A DNA stretch of 64,000 bases, taken from contig NZ_JALCQI010000003.1 in NCBI RefSeq assembly GCF_022651205.1, forward strand, positions 19,693 to 83,692. Reading direction: 5' to 3'. This document shows positions 18,440 to 27,718 of the stretch, one piece after another (position 1 is the stretch's first letter; every line of letters begins with the position of its first letter). The notes under the pieces are model-generated. The model was not told the origin of the DNA, ran no database searches, and worked only from the letters and a program-made list of their open reading frames with translations. This DNA is from Limosilactobacillus sp. (GTDB taxonomy: Bacteria > Bacillota > Bacilli > Lactobacillales > Lactobacillaceae). The position numbers were made by a program, and so were the translations under genes.

Positions 18440-18916
18440 ATGTTTGAAATTAAACCAAAGAAGTTTAAGAAGATCCTTGTTGGTGTCGATGACGCACCTG
18501 ATGCTCGGGCCGCTTTTTCATATGCGGTTGATAAGGCTAAGCGTGACGGCTCTGAATTAGGAATTGTTTCTATTTTGGAAACCGGAAACGTTAATGTTTA
18601 CCAAATTCTTGACAAGGATTACGTTCATAGTTCTGCTGATGAATTGAAGAAACGGGTTAACGAATACGTTAAGGCTGCTGTTGATTACGGAGTATCACCC
18701 GACAAGATTACCGGAATTGTTGACCAGGGTGAACGTCCTGCTGAACGGATCTGCAACCACGTTATTCCAGCATTCCAACCAGACCTATTAGTTGTTGGTT
18801 CTATTGGTAAGTGGGGTAACCGGAAGGCTGTTGGTTCACAGGCTTCCTACATGACTAAGCATGCTGGAACCTCCGTATTTGTTATTCGGACAACCGCAGT
18901 TGAAAGATATGAATAG
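18440..18916 (+). CDS. Universal stress protein (UspA family)
   Basis: KKILVGVD, PDLLVVGS.G, AVGSQASY, VFVIR. Confidence 0.9.
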   Translation: MFEIKPKKFKKILVGVDDAPDARAAFSYAVDKAKRDGSELGIVSILETGNVNVYQILDKDYVHSSADELKKRVNEYVKAAVDYGVSPDKITGIVDQGERPAERICNHVIPAFQPDLLVVGSIGKWGNRKAVGSQASYMTKHAGTSVFVIRTTAVERYE

Positions 18917-18950
18917 TTATTTCTAATTGGCATTTAAAGCTAAACCGATT

Positions 18951-18998
18951 AAAGATAAAGGGACTGTCGACTAACTAGTCGCAGTCCCTTTATCCTTT
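18951..18998 (+). terminator. Intrinsic terminator after usp
   Basis: gataaagggactg...cagtccctttatc-ctttt. Confidence 0.75.
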
Positions 18999-19070
18999 GA
19001 ATATTAAATAAGAATGTTTTTAAACTAGGGTAACAATCGTTAACTTAAATGTTAATCTATTTTAAATGTA

Positions 19071-19087
19071 TGTTATAATGATTCTAA
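19071..19087 (+). promoter_or_regulatory. PerR/Fur-type box overlapping the extended -10 of the VIT operon
   Basis: TG-t-TATAAT; TTATAATGATTCTAA matches TTANAATNATTNTAA. Confidence 0.68.
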
Positions 19088-19110
19088 TTTAAAAAAGAGG
19101 AGTTTTTGAA

Positions 19111-19794
19111 ATGACCAAGAAGAAAATGTCACTGGCTCAAAAAGTAAATGTATTACGGGCCAGCGTAATGGGGGCAAACGATGGTATCATTTCAATTGCC
19201 GGGATTGTTATTGGTGTTGCCGCCGCAACGAATAATGCCTATTCAATCTTAATTTCAGGATTATCTGGAACGCTAGCTGGAATGATTTCAATGTGTATGG
19301 GAGAATACGTTTCCGTTTCTACTCAAAAGGATTCGCAGAAAATGGCGTTAATTAGTGAACGTCAACGCCTTGATGATCAATATCAAGAAGAATTTGATTA
19401 TGTCCAGAGAAAGTATGAGGATCAAGATATCGATCCAAAGCTGGCAAAGCAGGCGACTAAAGAGTTAATGGATAAGGATGCTTTGTCAACCGTTGTTCAG
19501 GAACGGTATGGATTTAATCCCAAGGAATTTACTAGCCCGTACGCTGCTGCGATTGCTTCATTTATTTCGTTCCCAACAGGTTCAATTTTACCGATGCTCG
19601 CGGTGACGCTTGCTCCGGCAGAAAAGAGAATCATTGCCACTGCCATTGCCGTTTTAATTGCCCTGTTAATTACGGGATATTGTGCAGCGATCTTAAGTAA
19701 TTCCAATCGGCTGAAGTCAAGTATTCGGAATGCCGTTGCCGGATTATTGACCATGGGAGTTACCTACATTATTGGGCAGCTATTAGCTCACTAA
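19111..19794 (+). CDS. VIT1/CCC1-family Fe/Mn transporter (copy 1)
   Basis: LRASVMGANDGI, SMCMGEYVSVSTQKD, PYAAAIASF. Confidence 0.92.
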   Translation: MTKKKMSLAQKVNVLRASVMGANDGIISIAGIVIGVAAATNNAYSILISGLSGTLAGMISMCMGEYVSVSTQKDSQKMALISERQRLDDQYQEEFDYVQRKYEDQDIDPKLAKQATKELMDKDALSTVVQERYGFNPKEFTSPYAAAIASFISFPTGSILPMLAVTLAPAEKRIIATAIAVLIALLITGYCAAILSNSNRLKSSIRNAVAGLLTMGVTYIIGQLLAH

Positions 19795-19810
19795 GGAGGG
19801 ATTGAGAATA

Positions 19811-20500
19811 ATGGAAAAAGTTAAAAGACAAAAGAAACAAACCATGGAAGAAAAGCTCAACACCCTCCGTGCTGGGGTTCTGGGATCAAATGATGGTATT
19901 TTAACTGTTGTCGGGGTCCTGGTTTCCGTTGCCGCCGCTACTTCCGATCGGTTTACTATCTTCATTGCTGGTTTATCAGATTTGTTAGCATGTGCCTTTT
20001 CGATGGCATCCGGTGAATATGCTTCTGTTTCTACCCAAAAGGATACGGAAGAGTCTGCAGTTAATAAGGAACAACGATTACTAAAGACGGATTTTGAAAG
20101 TGAAATTGCCGCGGTAAGAGATTACTACGTCAGCAAGGGAGTTACCCCTGAAACGTCACTAGCGATTGCCAAGGATTTGCTTAACAAGAAACCCTTAGCA
20201 ACCGTTGTCCGGGTAAAATATGATATTGAATTAGGACACTACCTAAACCCGTGGGACGCGGCATTCTCTTCACTTTTCTCAGCTGCTGCTGGGGGAATTT
20301 TCCCGCTTTGTGCAATGACCTTTTCACCAGCTGCATATAAATGGTACGCCGTTATTTTAGCCGTTGTTTTGACTAGTGCTTTAACTGGTTATATTAGTTC
20401 AAAGCTAGGAAATGGTTTGGTAAAGATTGCCGTGATTCGAAATATTATCATTGCGTTGATTACCGTTACAATCCACTATGGAGTAGGTAAGTTATTCTAA
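19811..20500 (+). CDS. VIT1/CCC1-family Fe/Mn transporter (copy 2)
   Basis: LRAGVLGSNDGI, SMASGEYASVSTQKD, PWDAAFSS; ATG after AGGAGG. Confidence 0.92.
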   Translation: MEKVKRQKKQTMEEKLNTLRAGVLGSNDGILTVVGVLVSVAAATSDRFTIFIAGLSDLLACAFSMASGEYASVSTQKDTEESAVNKEQRLLKTDFESEIAAVRDYYVSKGVTPETSLAIAKDLLNKKPLATVVRVKYDIELGHYLNPWDAAFSSLFSAAAGGIFPLCAMTFSPAAYKWYAVILAVVLTSALTGYISSKLGNGLVKIAVIRNIIIALITVTIHYGVGKLF

Positions 20501-20505
20501 TAAAG

Positions 20506-20554
20506 AAAAAATAATGGAGACCAGAAAAATGCTTTTTCGGTCTCCATTATTTTT
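20506..20554. terminator. Bidirectional terminator
   Basis: aaaaataatggagacc...ggtctccattattttt. Confidence 0.8.
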
Positions 20555-20561
20555 AACAAAA

Positions 20562-21464
20562 CTATTTAATCAGATGCTCCTCATCAACAACGGTATCAAA
20601 GAAGTCCTCATCTTTACCACGGTGGTATTCAGCTTGAATTGTGGCATGGCAGATCCCGTATTTTTCTCGTAAAATTTTGTCAACTTGACTATAAATCTTT
20701 TCGACTTCACTAAGTCGCATGTCGTGGCAATTTAAGTGAGCGGAGAAAATAATTCGCTTTTCATCAATCATCCAGGCGTGGACGTGATGAACCGCCGTGA
20801 CTCCATCAATTTGAACAAGATCGTGCTCAATTCCTTGATAATCAAGTTTAGGTGCGGATTCCATTAGGATAGTAATCGTTTGCTTAATTACCGGCCATGC
20901 CTCGTAAGAAATGTAAATTGCAACCGCGATCGTTAGAACTGGATCAAGCCAAGGAACATTAACGAAGGTTAGGATTACCCCACCGATAATTACCGCAAAT
21001 GATGATAAGGCATCACTTAGAACGTGAAGGTAGGTTGCCTTAACGTTTAAGTTGCTATGGCTTCCCGAGTGGAGGAGGATTGCCGAAAGAAGGTTGGCTA
21101 CTAAACCAATAACCGCGACAATCAACATTATTTCACCATTAATGTGGGCCGGTTGTTGGAGACGTTTGACTGCTTCGATGATTAAAAAGACTGCGACGAT
21201 TACTAAGAATGAGGCGTTAACCATTGCAGCAAGAATTTCTGCTCGTCGGTACCCGTATGTCCTTTTGCTTGTTTCTGGCTTATTAGCGATTGATTGGGCA
21301 AAGTAACCGAGAACAATCGAGAATGAATCTCCTAAATTGTGAAAAGCATCGGATAGCAACGCAAGGCTTCCTGAAACTAGTCCCCCAATAATTTCGACAA
21401 CAGTAATTAGAACGTTTAGTACGGTTACTGCTAAAAAGCGTTTTCCCGTGATTTGTTCATCCAT
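20562..21464 (-). CDS. czcD: Cation diffusion facilitator (Zn/Cd/Co exporter, CzcD-like)
   Basis: SLALLSDAFHNLGD, TYGYRRAEIL, YLHVLSDAL (HD-HD site), HHVHAW, HATIQ. Confidence 0.9.
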   Translation of the reverse strand: MDEQITGKRFLAVTVLNVLITVVEIIGGLVSGSLALLSDAFHNLGDSFSIVLGYFAQSIANKPETSKRTYGYRRAEILAAMVNASFLVIVAVFLIIEAVKRLQQPAHINGEIMLIVAVIGLVANLLSAILLHSGSHSNLNVKATYLHVLSDALSSFAVIIGGVILTFVNVPWLDPVLTIAVAIYISYEAWPVIKQTITILMESAPKLDYQGIEHDLVQIDGVTAVHHVHAWMIDEKRIIFSAHLNCHDMRLSEVEKIYSQVDKILREKYGICHATIQAEYHRGKDEDFFDTVVDEEHLIK

Positions 21465-21535
21465 TGTAATACTCCTTATTTCTCTAGCTTTTATAGGTTT
21501 AGTTTAGCATATTAAAACATTAGTTAACAAAAAAA

Positions 21536-21549
21536 TTAGGCTATCCAAA
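21536..21549. promoter_or_regulatory. Putative DtxR/MntR/ScaR-type operator
   Basis: TTAGG-CTAT-CCAAA, one mismatch from TTAGG-N4-CCTAA, between divergent CDF and regulator genes. Confidence 0.55.
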
Positions 21550-21648
21550 GAAAGTATCTACTGGGTATGTTATAATCAAGTATGTTATTATGAATTAATT
21601 AGTAGACCGTTCGTAGGCCGAGAAACAATGTAGAGGAGGATGCCACTC

Positions 21649-22311
21649 TTGACACCAATGAAAGAAGATTATCTTAAGATTATCTTTGAGCTCGGTGGTA
21701 GTCACAAGAAGGTTTCAAATAAGGATATTTCTTTAGGATTGGGCATTGCGGCCGGTTCTGTTACAGAAATGGTCTCAAAATTATCAGATGAAGGATTAGT
21801 AATTCATGAACCATATGCCGGAATTTCGTTAACCGAGAAGGGACAAAAATACGCGGCAGAATTAGTTCGTAAGCACCGTCTGTGGGAAACATTCCTTGTT
21901 GATAAACTTCACTATAATTTTGCTGATGTCCATTCTGAGGCAGAGGTCTTGGAACACCAGACAAGTGATCGACTAGCAACCGCGCTTGATAATTTCTTGC
22001 AACACCCACAAGCATGCCCGCACGGTGGAGTTATTCCGTCAGCTAGTGGACAATTTCCTGAGGTTTCCCATCGCTTACTGGCGGATGCTAAAGATGGTGA
22101 AACTGTTAAACTTGAGCGTTTCTTGGATAATCATGAGCTATTGACCTATCTTGAGGAACTAAAACTCCGGCCAAATGATACCGTTAAGATCATTCGGCAT
22201 GAACCGTTCGAGGGACCATTAGTAATTGAGAAGGCTGGCGAAGATGTACCACTAAATGTTTCATATAAGGCATCGCATAATATCTTCGTTAATGACGGAA
22301 AAAGCAAATAA
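21649..22311 (+). CDS. mntR: DtxR/MntR/ScaR-family metal-dependent regulator with FeoA-like C-terminus
   Basis: EDYLKII, SVTEMV, RKHRLWETFL, EAEVLEH, CPHGGVIP; TTG start after GAGGAGG. Confidence 0.9.
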   Translation: MTPMKEDYLKIIFELGGSHKKVSNKDISLGLGIAAGSVTEMVSKLSDEGLVIHEPYAGISLTEKGQKYAAELVRKHRLWETFLVDKLHYNFADVHSEAEVLEHQTSDRLATALDNFLQHPQACPHGGVIPSASGQFPEVSHRLLADAKDGETVKLERFLDNHELLTYLEELKLRPNDTVKIIRHEPFEGPLVIEKAGEDVPLNVSYKASHNIFVNDGKSK

Positions 22312-22327
22312 GCAAATAATTTACATT

Positions 22328-22359
22328 AAGGGATGACAGGGTTTTTGTCGTCCCTTTTT
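22328..22359 (+). terminator. Intrinsic terminator
   Basis: aagggatgaca-gggttt-ttgtcgtcccttttt. Confidence 0.72.
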
Positions 22360-22384
22360 GCACATTAGTCAGGGGGGAGATCTA

Positions 22385-23140
22385 ATGTTAACGGAACAGC
22401 GACGAATCCTTGCGCTACGGACTTGTGTCTTAGCAGGAAGATTACTGATTGAAAATGGTTCAAATATGGAGCGGGTAAATGATACTCTAGATCGAATGGC
22501 CAGAAATGTCGGTTTAAGGAATTTTCAGGCATTTACAACACTAACCGGGATCGTTGCCAGTAGTGATGATCTTCCTAACTCGCAAGTCGCAGATATTCGG
22601 CGGCGAAAGAATGACCTTAGTAAAGTAGTTGCTGTAAATGAAGTTTCCCGAGAATTAGCCGCCGGAATTATTGAACTCCCAGAGGCACATGCCCAGTTAA
22701 AGTCAATTGAACGTCAAGTAACAATAAGATGGCAAAACTTATTAGAAGCTTTAGCAGCAGCTATTTTAAGTGCTGCCTTGATGATTGTCTTTACGAGGGA
22801 TGTCACTGAATGGTGGGCAGCGTTGATTATTGGCGGAGTGGGCTATGCAGTTTTTTCTTTTGTTATCCGTAAATTTAAAATTCAGTACCTTGGTGAATTC
22901 TGCGCATCACTAGTAATCGGGCTGCTATCAGTCTTAACCGTTGATTTGGGCTGGGCACATAATGCAAACTCGCTCATCATTGGTGGCGTTATGCCATTAG
23001 TTCCCGGAATCCCTTTGACAAACGCGGCAAGGGATATTGTTTCGGGGAATCTAATTAGTGGTCCGACCCGGGGAATTGAAGCGATTTTAACTGCCGTCTC
23101 AATTGGTAGTGCAATTGTGATTGTGATGCGTTTCTTTTAG
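22385..23140 (+). CDS. ThrE-family threonine/serine exporter, large subunit
   Basis: AGRLLIENGSNMERV.DT, VNEVSR, MPLVPGIPLTNAARD...LISG. Confidence 0.88.
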   Translation: MLTEQRRILALRTCVLAGRLLIENGSNMERVNDTLDRMARNVGLRNFQAFTTLTGIVASSDDLPNSQVADIRRRKNDLSKVVAVNEVSRELAAGIIELPEAHAQLKSIERQVTIRWQNLLEALAAAILSAALMIVFTRDVTEWWAALIIGGVGYAVFSFVIRKFKIQYLGEFCASLVIGLLSVLTVDLGWAHNANSLIIGGVMPLVPGIPLTNAARDIVSGNLISGPTRGIEAILTAVSIGSAIVIVMRFF

Positions 23141-23149
23141 GAGGAAGAA

Positions 23150-23623
23150 ATGAACTGGCAAAATTTATTAGTACAATTTGTTCTTTCGTATGTTTCAACG
23201 ATATGCTTTGGGATCCTGCTTCATATTCCATTACGGGCTTATAATTCTGCCGGAATTATTGGCGGCGGTGTCTGGGTGGTTTATTGGATAATGTATTATC
23301 ACCAGCATGTTGGCCTAGCAATTAGCAACCTGATCGCGGCAATACTGATTTCGCTACTTAGTATGGTTGCCGCTCGTCACTTGAAAATGCCAATGATTGT
23401 TTTTAATGTTCCTGCACTAGTTACATTCGTGCCAGGTGGACAGGCGTATAAGCTTGTCCGTAATTTTGTAATTGGCGACTACCACTTAGCGATGATCTAT
23501 TTTTACCAGGTGGTTGTAATTGCCGGAGCGATTACGCTCGGCTTTGGGCTTGGTGAATTGATGATTCGGGCAGTCAATTACTTACATAATGTTTTATTAA
23601 AATCTTCAAAATCAAAAGCTTGA
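23150..23623 (+). CDS. ThrE_2-family exporter, small subunit
   Basis: FGILLHIP, KMPMIVFNVPALVTFVPGGQAY. Confidence 0.85.
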   Translation: MNWQNLLVQFVLSYVSTICFGILLHIPLRAYNSAGIIGGGVWVVYWIMYYHQHVGLAISNLIAAILISLLSMVAARHLKMPMIVFNVPALVTFVPGGQAYKLVRNFVIGDYHLAMIYFYQVVVIAGAITLGFGLGELMIRAVNYLHNVLLKSSKSKA

Positions 23624-23674
23624 CGGTATGGTATACTCTTAACTAATGTTTATTTGATGTAAGGAGAAAATTTA

Positions 23675-24349
23675 ATGTTAATTGTTCCAGATAATCAACG
23701 ATGGAAACGGTTCACAATTAGTGGAGTTGTCTTTATTATCTTAATGTTGATGATTAAGTTTAATGCAACGATTGGAACCACCATGGATGCAATTTTTCAA
23801 TCACTGTTTACAAGTCAACGGTTAGAAAACATCGGCTGGTTTCATGCTCTAATGACCCTGATTTCATTTTTGGCTAGTCCTAAACTAGATTTATTGTGGG
23901 TCTTGATTATTGCAATTGCTTTGTGGATGAGAAATTATCGGATTCCTGCTGTATGGGCGATCTGTACGATTATTGGTGGGGATGTCCTCGGAACCATTAT
24001 TAAACACTTTGTTAAGCGGGCACGACCTGCACAACACTTAGCTGCGGATGATGGTTACAGTTTTCCGAGTGGTCATACACTCGGCTTGTTCTTGGTTGCG
24101 GGAATCCTTTTCCTTGTAGTGATTCCGATTATCCAAAAGGCAGCCGTGCGGACTATTTGCCAATTATTATTAATCTTTGCGATCTTTTTCTTAGCGGTTT
24201 CTCGGGTATACCTTTATGCTCACTGGCCAGTTGATACGATCGCGGCAATGCTATTAGCATATACATGGCTTCAGGTCGCTGAATGGTTATACGTTGCTTG
24301 GGCGCCAAAAATGCATGAAATAAGAATGTTTGATAATTCAATCTATTAG
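23675..24349 (+). CDS. PAP2-family membrane phosphatase
   Basis: KHFVKRARP, SFPSGH, SRVYLYAHWPVD. Confidence 0.92.
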   Translation: MLIVPDNQRWKRFTISGVVFIILMLMIKFNATIGTTMDAIFQSLFTSQRLENIGWFHALMTLISFLASPKLDLLWVLIIAIALWMRNYRIPAVWAICTIIGGDVLGTIIKHFVKRARPAQHLAADDGYSFPSGHTLGLFLVAGILFLVVIPIIQKAAVRTICQLLLIFAIFFLAVSRVYLYAHWPVDTIAAMLLAYTWLQVAEWLYVAWAPKMHEIRMFDNSIY

Positions 24350-24354
24350 GGACT

Positions 24355-24398
24355 AAGAACGCTGGGGATTTGTTGGTAATCCGCTCAGCGTTCTTTTA
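24355..24398 (+). terminator. Intrinsic terminator
   Basis: aagaacgctg...cagcgttctttt. Confidence 0.7.
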
Positions 24399-24427
24399 AT
24401 TATTTCCCGGGAAATGAGTGAAATAAA

Positions 24428-24901
24428 ATGGCAATAGAGACACCTCGTCTTCTTATTAAACGAATCCAACCACGTGATGTAGTTCAGTTAACTCCCTTGT
24501 TAGAATATCAGTCATTATTTCGAAGAGGAGGTTTAGTTACCAATGGGCAAATTGATCTAAATACGTTACAATTTCTAGCCCAATCAGATTGCCTATTACA
24601 AATAGAAAAGAAAAGCCATAAATTAATTGGATTGATTTTTCTCTTACATGTTTACGGAAACACCGGAGAGGTTCTGCTGAAACATTACGAACTCGGTTAC
24701 CTTCTTATTCCCCAGGCACAACATTATGGATACATGACAGAAGCATTGAGTAGCGTATGTCGTAAATTACAGCAGAATCATATAGGATTGGTAGCCGAAG
24801 TAAGGAAAGATAACAAGTCATCTAAACGGGTTTTGCAACGGTGTGGATTTACTCGAACTGGTAGCGATTCATCAGAATTAATTGAACGTTGGCAACTTTA
24901 A
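24428..24901 (+). CDS. GNAT acetyltransferase (RimJ/RimL-like)
   Basis: IETPRLLI, ELGYLL..QAQHYGYMTEAL, N..SKRVLQRCGF. Confidence 0.82.
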   Translation: MAIETPRLLIKRIQPRDVVQLTPLLEYQSLFRRGGLVTNGQIDLNTLQFLAQSDCLLQIEKKSHKLIGLIFLLHVYGNTGEVLLKHYELGYLLIPQAQHYGYMTEALSSVCRKLQQNHIGLVAEVRKDNKSSKRVLQRCGFTRTGSDSSELIERWQL

Positions 24902-24954
24902 ACCATCAAGACAAGCCTTGCGTTATTTAATGATGAGAGTATAATATTATCAAA

Positions 24955-25120
24955 ATGAAGAGGTTGCATTCTTTATTAGTACGATCTGTTAGGAAAATAA
25001 GTTCCGGAGCAGTTCCGAAAGGGAAGAGTGCCGAAACGGTTCTTAGCTTATTCTGAGAAACGTTGGGACATGATTGAATAAGTCATGGACTGTCGCGTTA
25101 GATCGCGGGGCGCTTCGCTG
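24955..25120 (+). ncRNA. Lysine riboswitch (L-box)
   Basis: AGAGGTTGC...AGTA...GAAAGGG...GCCGAA...TTGGG...GAATA...GACTGTC...GGGGCGCT; directly upstream of lysP; TATAAT promoter element at 24940. Confidence 0.9.
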
Positions 25121-25141
25121 AACGATTCAATGATAAGATTT

Positions 25142-25182
25142 GGGTCTTCTAATGGGGTCGCGCCTTGTTGGAAGACCTTTTT
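25142..25182 (+). terminator. Riboswitch expression-platform terminator
   Basis: ggtcttctaat...gttggaagacc-ttttt before the lysP SD. Confidence 0.8.
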
Positions 25183-25211
25183 AGTGCTTAAATACACGGG
25201 AGGAATTAAAA

Positions 25212-26690
25212 ATGGCAGAAGATACGAGTAACGGGCAGGGACAGATAAAAAGAACCCTGAAGACCCGTCACTTGGCAATGATCGCTTTAGGTGGAACAAT
25301 TGGAACCGGTCTGTTTATCACGAGTGGCTCGGCAATTTCGACCGCTGGACCAGGTGGTGCTTTAGTTGCCTACGGAATTATGGGGATCATGGTCTACTTT
25401 TTGATGACCAGTTTAGGTGAAATGTCGACCTATATGCCACTTACGGGTTCATTTTCTGCATTTTCATCAAAATTTGTTGATCCAGCATTAGGCTTTGCAA
25501 TGGGCTGGAACTACTGGTTTAACTGGGCAATTACGATTCCGGTTGACGTTACTAGTGCCGGAATTGTGATGAACTTCTGGCTTCCACACGTTCCAAGTTG
25601 GGTATTTAGTACAATCGTATTAGTACTCGTGTTCCTGATTAATTACCTATCAGTGCGATCATATGGTGAAACAGAATACTGGCTTGCCTTAATTAAGGTC
25701 ATTACGGTTGTTGTTTTCTTAATCGTTGGTGTCGCTATTATTCTCGGAATCATGGGTGGTCAGCCCGTTGGCTTTAGCAACTTCCACTATAAAAAGGCAC
25801 CATTTGTTGGTGGAATACCAGCAATTATTAGTGTGTTCTTAGTTGCCGGTTTCTCTTTCCAGGGGACGGAACTAGTTGGAATCACGGCTGGGGAAGCAGC
25901 TACGCCAGAAAAGTCAATTTCAAAGGCAATCCATTCAACATTCTGGCGGATCCTGCTCTTTTACATTTTTGCGATCTTCGTAATTGCCTGTGTCTTACCA
26001 TATACGGATAAGAACCTATTGAACTCAGATGTTACTAACATTACGATGAGTCCATTCACGATTATCTTTAAGCGGGCAGGACTTGCAGTTGCTGCTAGTA
26101 TCATGAATGCGGTTATTTTAACTGCGGTTGTTTCTGCTGCTAATTCCGGTTTATATGCCTCGACACGGATGCTCTATTCGCAAGCACGTGAGGGTTACGC
26201 ATGGCGGTTCTTTGGCTATGTTAATCGACGGGGAATTCCAATTTATGCTTTGATTGGGACAATGGTTGTTTCAACATTAGCTTTTGCAACTCAATTTATA
26301 GTTCCACAGGCTTACCTATACTTAACAGATGCTTCTGGGCTTTGTGGCTTTATCGCATGGCTAGGAATTGCAATTTCGCACTATCGGTTTAGAAGGGCTT
26401 ATATTGCTCAAGGGCATTCGGTGAGTGAACTTAAGTACCATGCCACTCTTTACCCGTTTGGTCCAATCTTTGCCTTTGTCCTTTGTACAATTGTTATTTG
26501 TGGACAAAATGTATCAGCTTTTGCTAAGCTCGATTGGTCAAACATTTTGATCACTTACATGAGTGTTCCATTATTCTTAATTCTATTTTTCTACTACAAG
26601 ATTCGTTACCGGACCCATATCATTCCGCTGAAAAAAGTTGATCTTTCACGGCGGACTAAGGGTGAAAAGTATGAGCCGGAGGATGAATAG
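25212..26690 (+). CDS. lysP: Lysine-specific APC permease
   Basis: LKTRHLAMIALGGTIGTGLF, GWNYWFNW, YGETEYW, FSFQGTELVG, SAANSGLYASTR; lysine riboswitch upstream. Confidence 0.92.
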   Translation: MAEDTSNGQGQIKRTLKTRHLAMIALGGTIGTGLFITSGSAISTAGPGGALVAYGIMGIMVYFLMTSLGEMSTYMPLTGSFSAFSSKFVDPALGFAMGWNYWFNWAITIPVDVTSAGIVMNFWLPHVPSWVFSTIVLVLVFLINYLSVRSYGETEYWLALIKVITVVVFLIVGVAIILGIMGGQPVGFSNFHYKKAPFVGGIPAIISVFLVAGFSFQGTELVGITAGEAATPEKSISKAIHSTFWRILLFYIFAIFVIACVLPYTDKNLLNSDVTNITMSPFTIIFKRAGLAVAASIMNAVILTAVVSAANSGLYASTRMLYSQAREGYAWRFFGYVNRRGIPIYALIGTMVVSTLAFATQFIVPQAYLYLTDASGLCGFIAWLGIAISHYRFRRAYIAQGHSVSELKYHATLYPFGPIFAFVLCTIVICGQNVSAFAKLDWSNILITYMSVPLFLILFFYYKIRYRTHIIPLKKVDLSRRTKGEKYEPEDE

Positions 26691-26692
26691 GT

Positions 26693-26876
26693 GGGGAGCG
26701 TGACAGAAGCCATTTATGGCTTCGTTTTCACGCCCTCGTCAACGCGTAGCTAGTCTTTAAGGGCTTCAGCGTTTGGATTTCCCGAGCACTGAAGCCCATT
26801 TGTGTACTGCGTCATTTGTATTAATCTAGGTAATATGATTTCTGTCACGCTCTCTGTCAGGCTCCCTTCTTTTTTT
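26693..26876. repeat. Structured intergenic element with 13-bp terminal inverted repeats and nested hairpins (MITE/REP-like); probably also the lysP terminator
   Basis: GAGCGTGACAGAA (26696-26708) / TTCTGTCACGCTC (26840-26852); second right-arm copy CTGTCAGGCTCCC (26854-26866); internal stems gaagcca/tggcttc and gggcttcag/ctgaagccc; U-tract. Confidence 0.7.
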
Positions 26877-26936
26877 ACCGATTCAATGTTAGAATAGTAA
26901 GGTTGTTTTTTATCAATAAAGGAGGATAAGCATCCA

Positions 26937-27578
26937 ATGATTGCACTTGCGGGGACAATTGGTGCCGGAAAGACGAGTTTAACCGGACTACTTGCGGATC
27001 ACTTAAATAGTCAGGCATTTTATGAATCGGTTGACGATAATAAAATCTTGCCACTCTTTTATAAGGATCCAAAGAAATATGGCTTTTTATTACAAATTTA
27101 CTTTTTGAATCGACGATTGGATGAGATCAAAGATTCCTTTGGCAATGATTTGAACGTCCTGGATCGTTCAATCTTTGAAGATGCACTATTATTCAGACTT
27201 AATGCAGATATGGGACGGGCAACTGAAACTGAATCAGATATTTATTCGTCATTATTGCACAATATGATGGAAGAATTGCCTGAACAGCCTCATCAAAAAG
27301 CTCCTAACCTTTTGATTACAATTCAAGTTTCGTTTGAAACGATGCTTGAACGGATCAAAAAGCGTGGTCGTTCTTATGAGCAGCTTTCCAATGATCCGTC
27401 ATTATATAACTACTACAAGAATTTAAACGAACGTTATAAAGATTGGTATCGTCAATATGATGCTAGTCCCAAGATGCTGATTGACGGTGATAAGTACGAC
27501 TTTGTTGAGGATCCTGAAGCGGCAAAGCAAGTATTGAAGATGATTGACCAGAAGTTAGTTGAACTTGGCTTAAAATAA
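26937..27578 (+). CDS. Deoxynucleoside kinase (dAK/dGK family)
   Basis: IALAGTIGAGKTS, LQIYFL..R, DRSIFEDALLF, RIKKRGRSYE. Confidence 0.92.
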   Translation: MIALAGTIGAGKTSLTGLLADHLNSQAFYESVDDNKILPLFYKDPKKYGFLLQIYFLNRRLDEIKDSFGNDLNVLDRSIFEDALLFRLNADMGRATETESDIYSSLLHNMMEELPEQPHQKAPNLLITIQVSFETMLERIKKRGRSYEQLSNDPSLYNYYKNLNERYKDWYRQYDASPKMLIDGDKYDFVEDPEAAKQVLKMIDQKLVELGLK

Positions 27579-27581
27579 TTG

Positions 27582-27610
27582 TTGACAACATTTTTAGATG
27601 ATGATATATT
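27582..27610 (+). promoter_or_regulatory. Sigma-A promoter P1 of the tRNA cluster
   Basis: TTGACA-17-TATATT with extended TG. Confidence 0.78.
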
Positions 27611-27642
27611 AATAAAGTTCCATTATGAATATATCATTTTTT

Positions 27643-27715
27643 GGAGGATTAGCTCAGTTGGGAGAGCATCTGCCTTACAAGCAGGAGGTCACAGGTTCGA
27701 GCCCTGTATCCTCCA
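27643..27715 (+). tRNA. tRNA-Val(TAC)
   Basis: GGAGGAT/ATCCTCC acceptor, TCTGC-CT-TAC-AA-GCAGG, GTTCGAG. Confidence 0.96.
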
Positions 27716-27718
27716 TAT

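Noticed and set aside
25048-25299. 83-aa minus-strand ORF
   Set aside because: Antisense to the lysine riboswitch and lysP start, so a shadow ORF.
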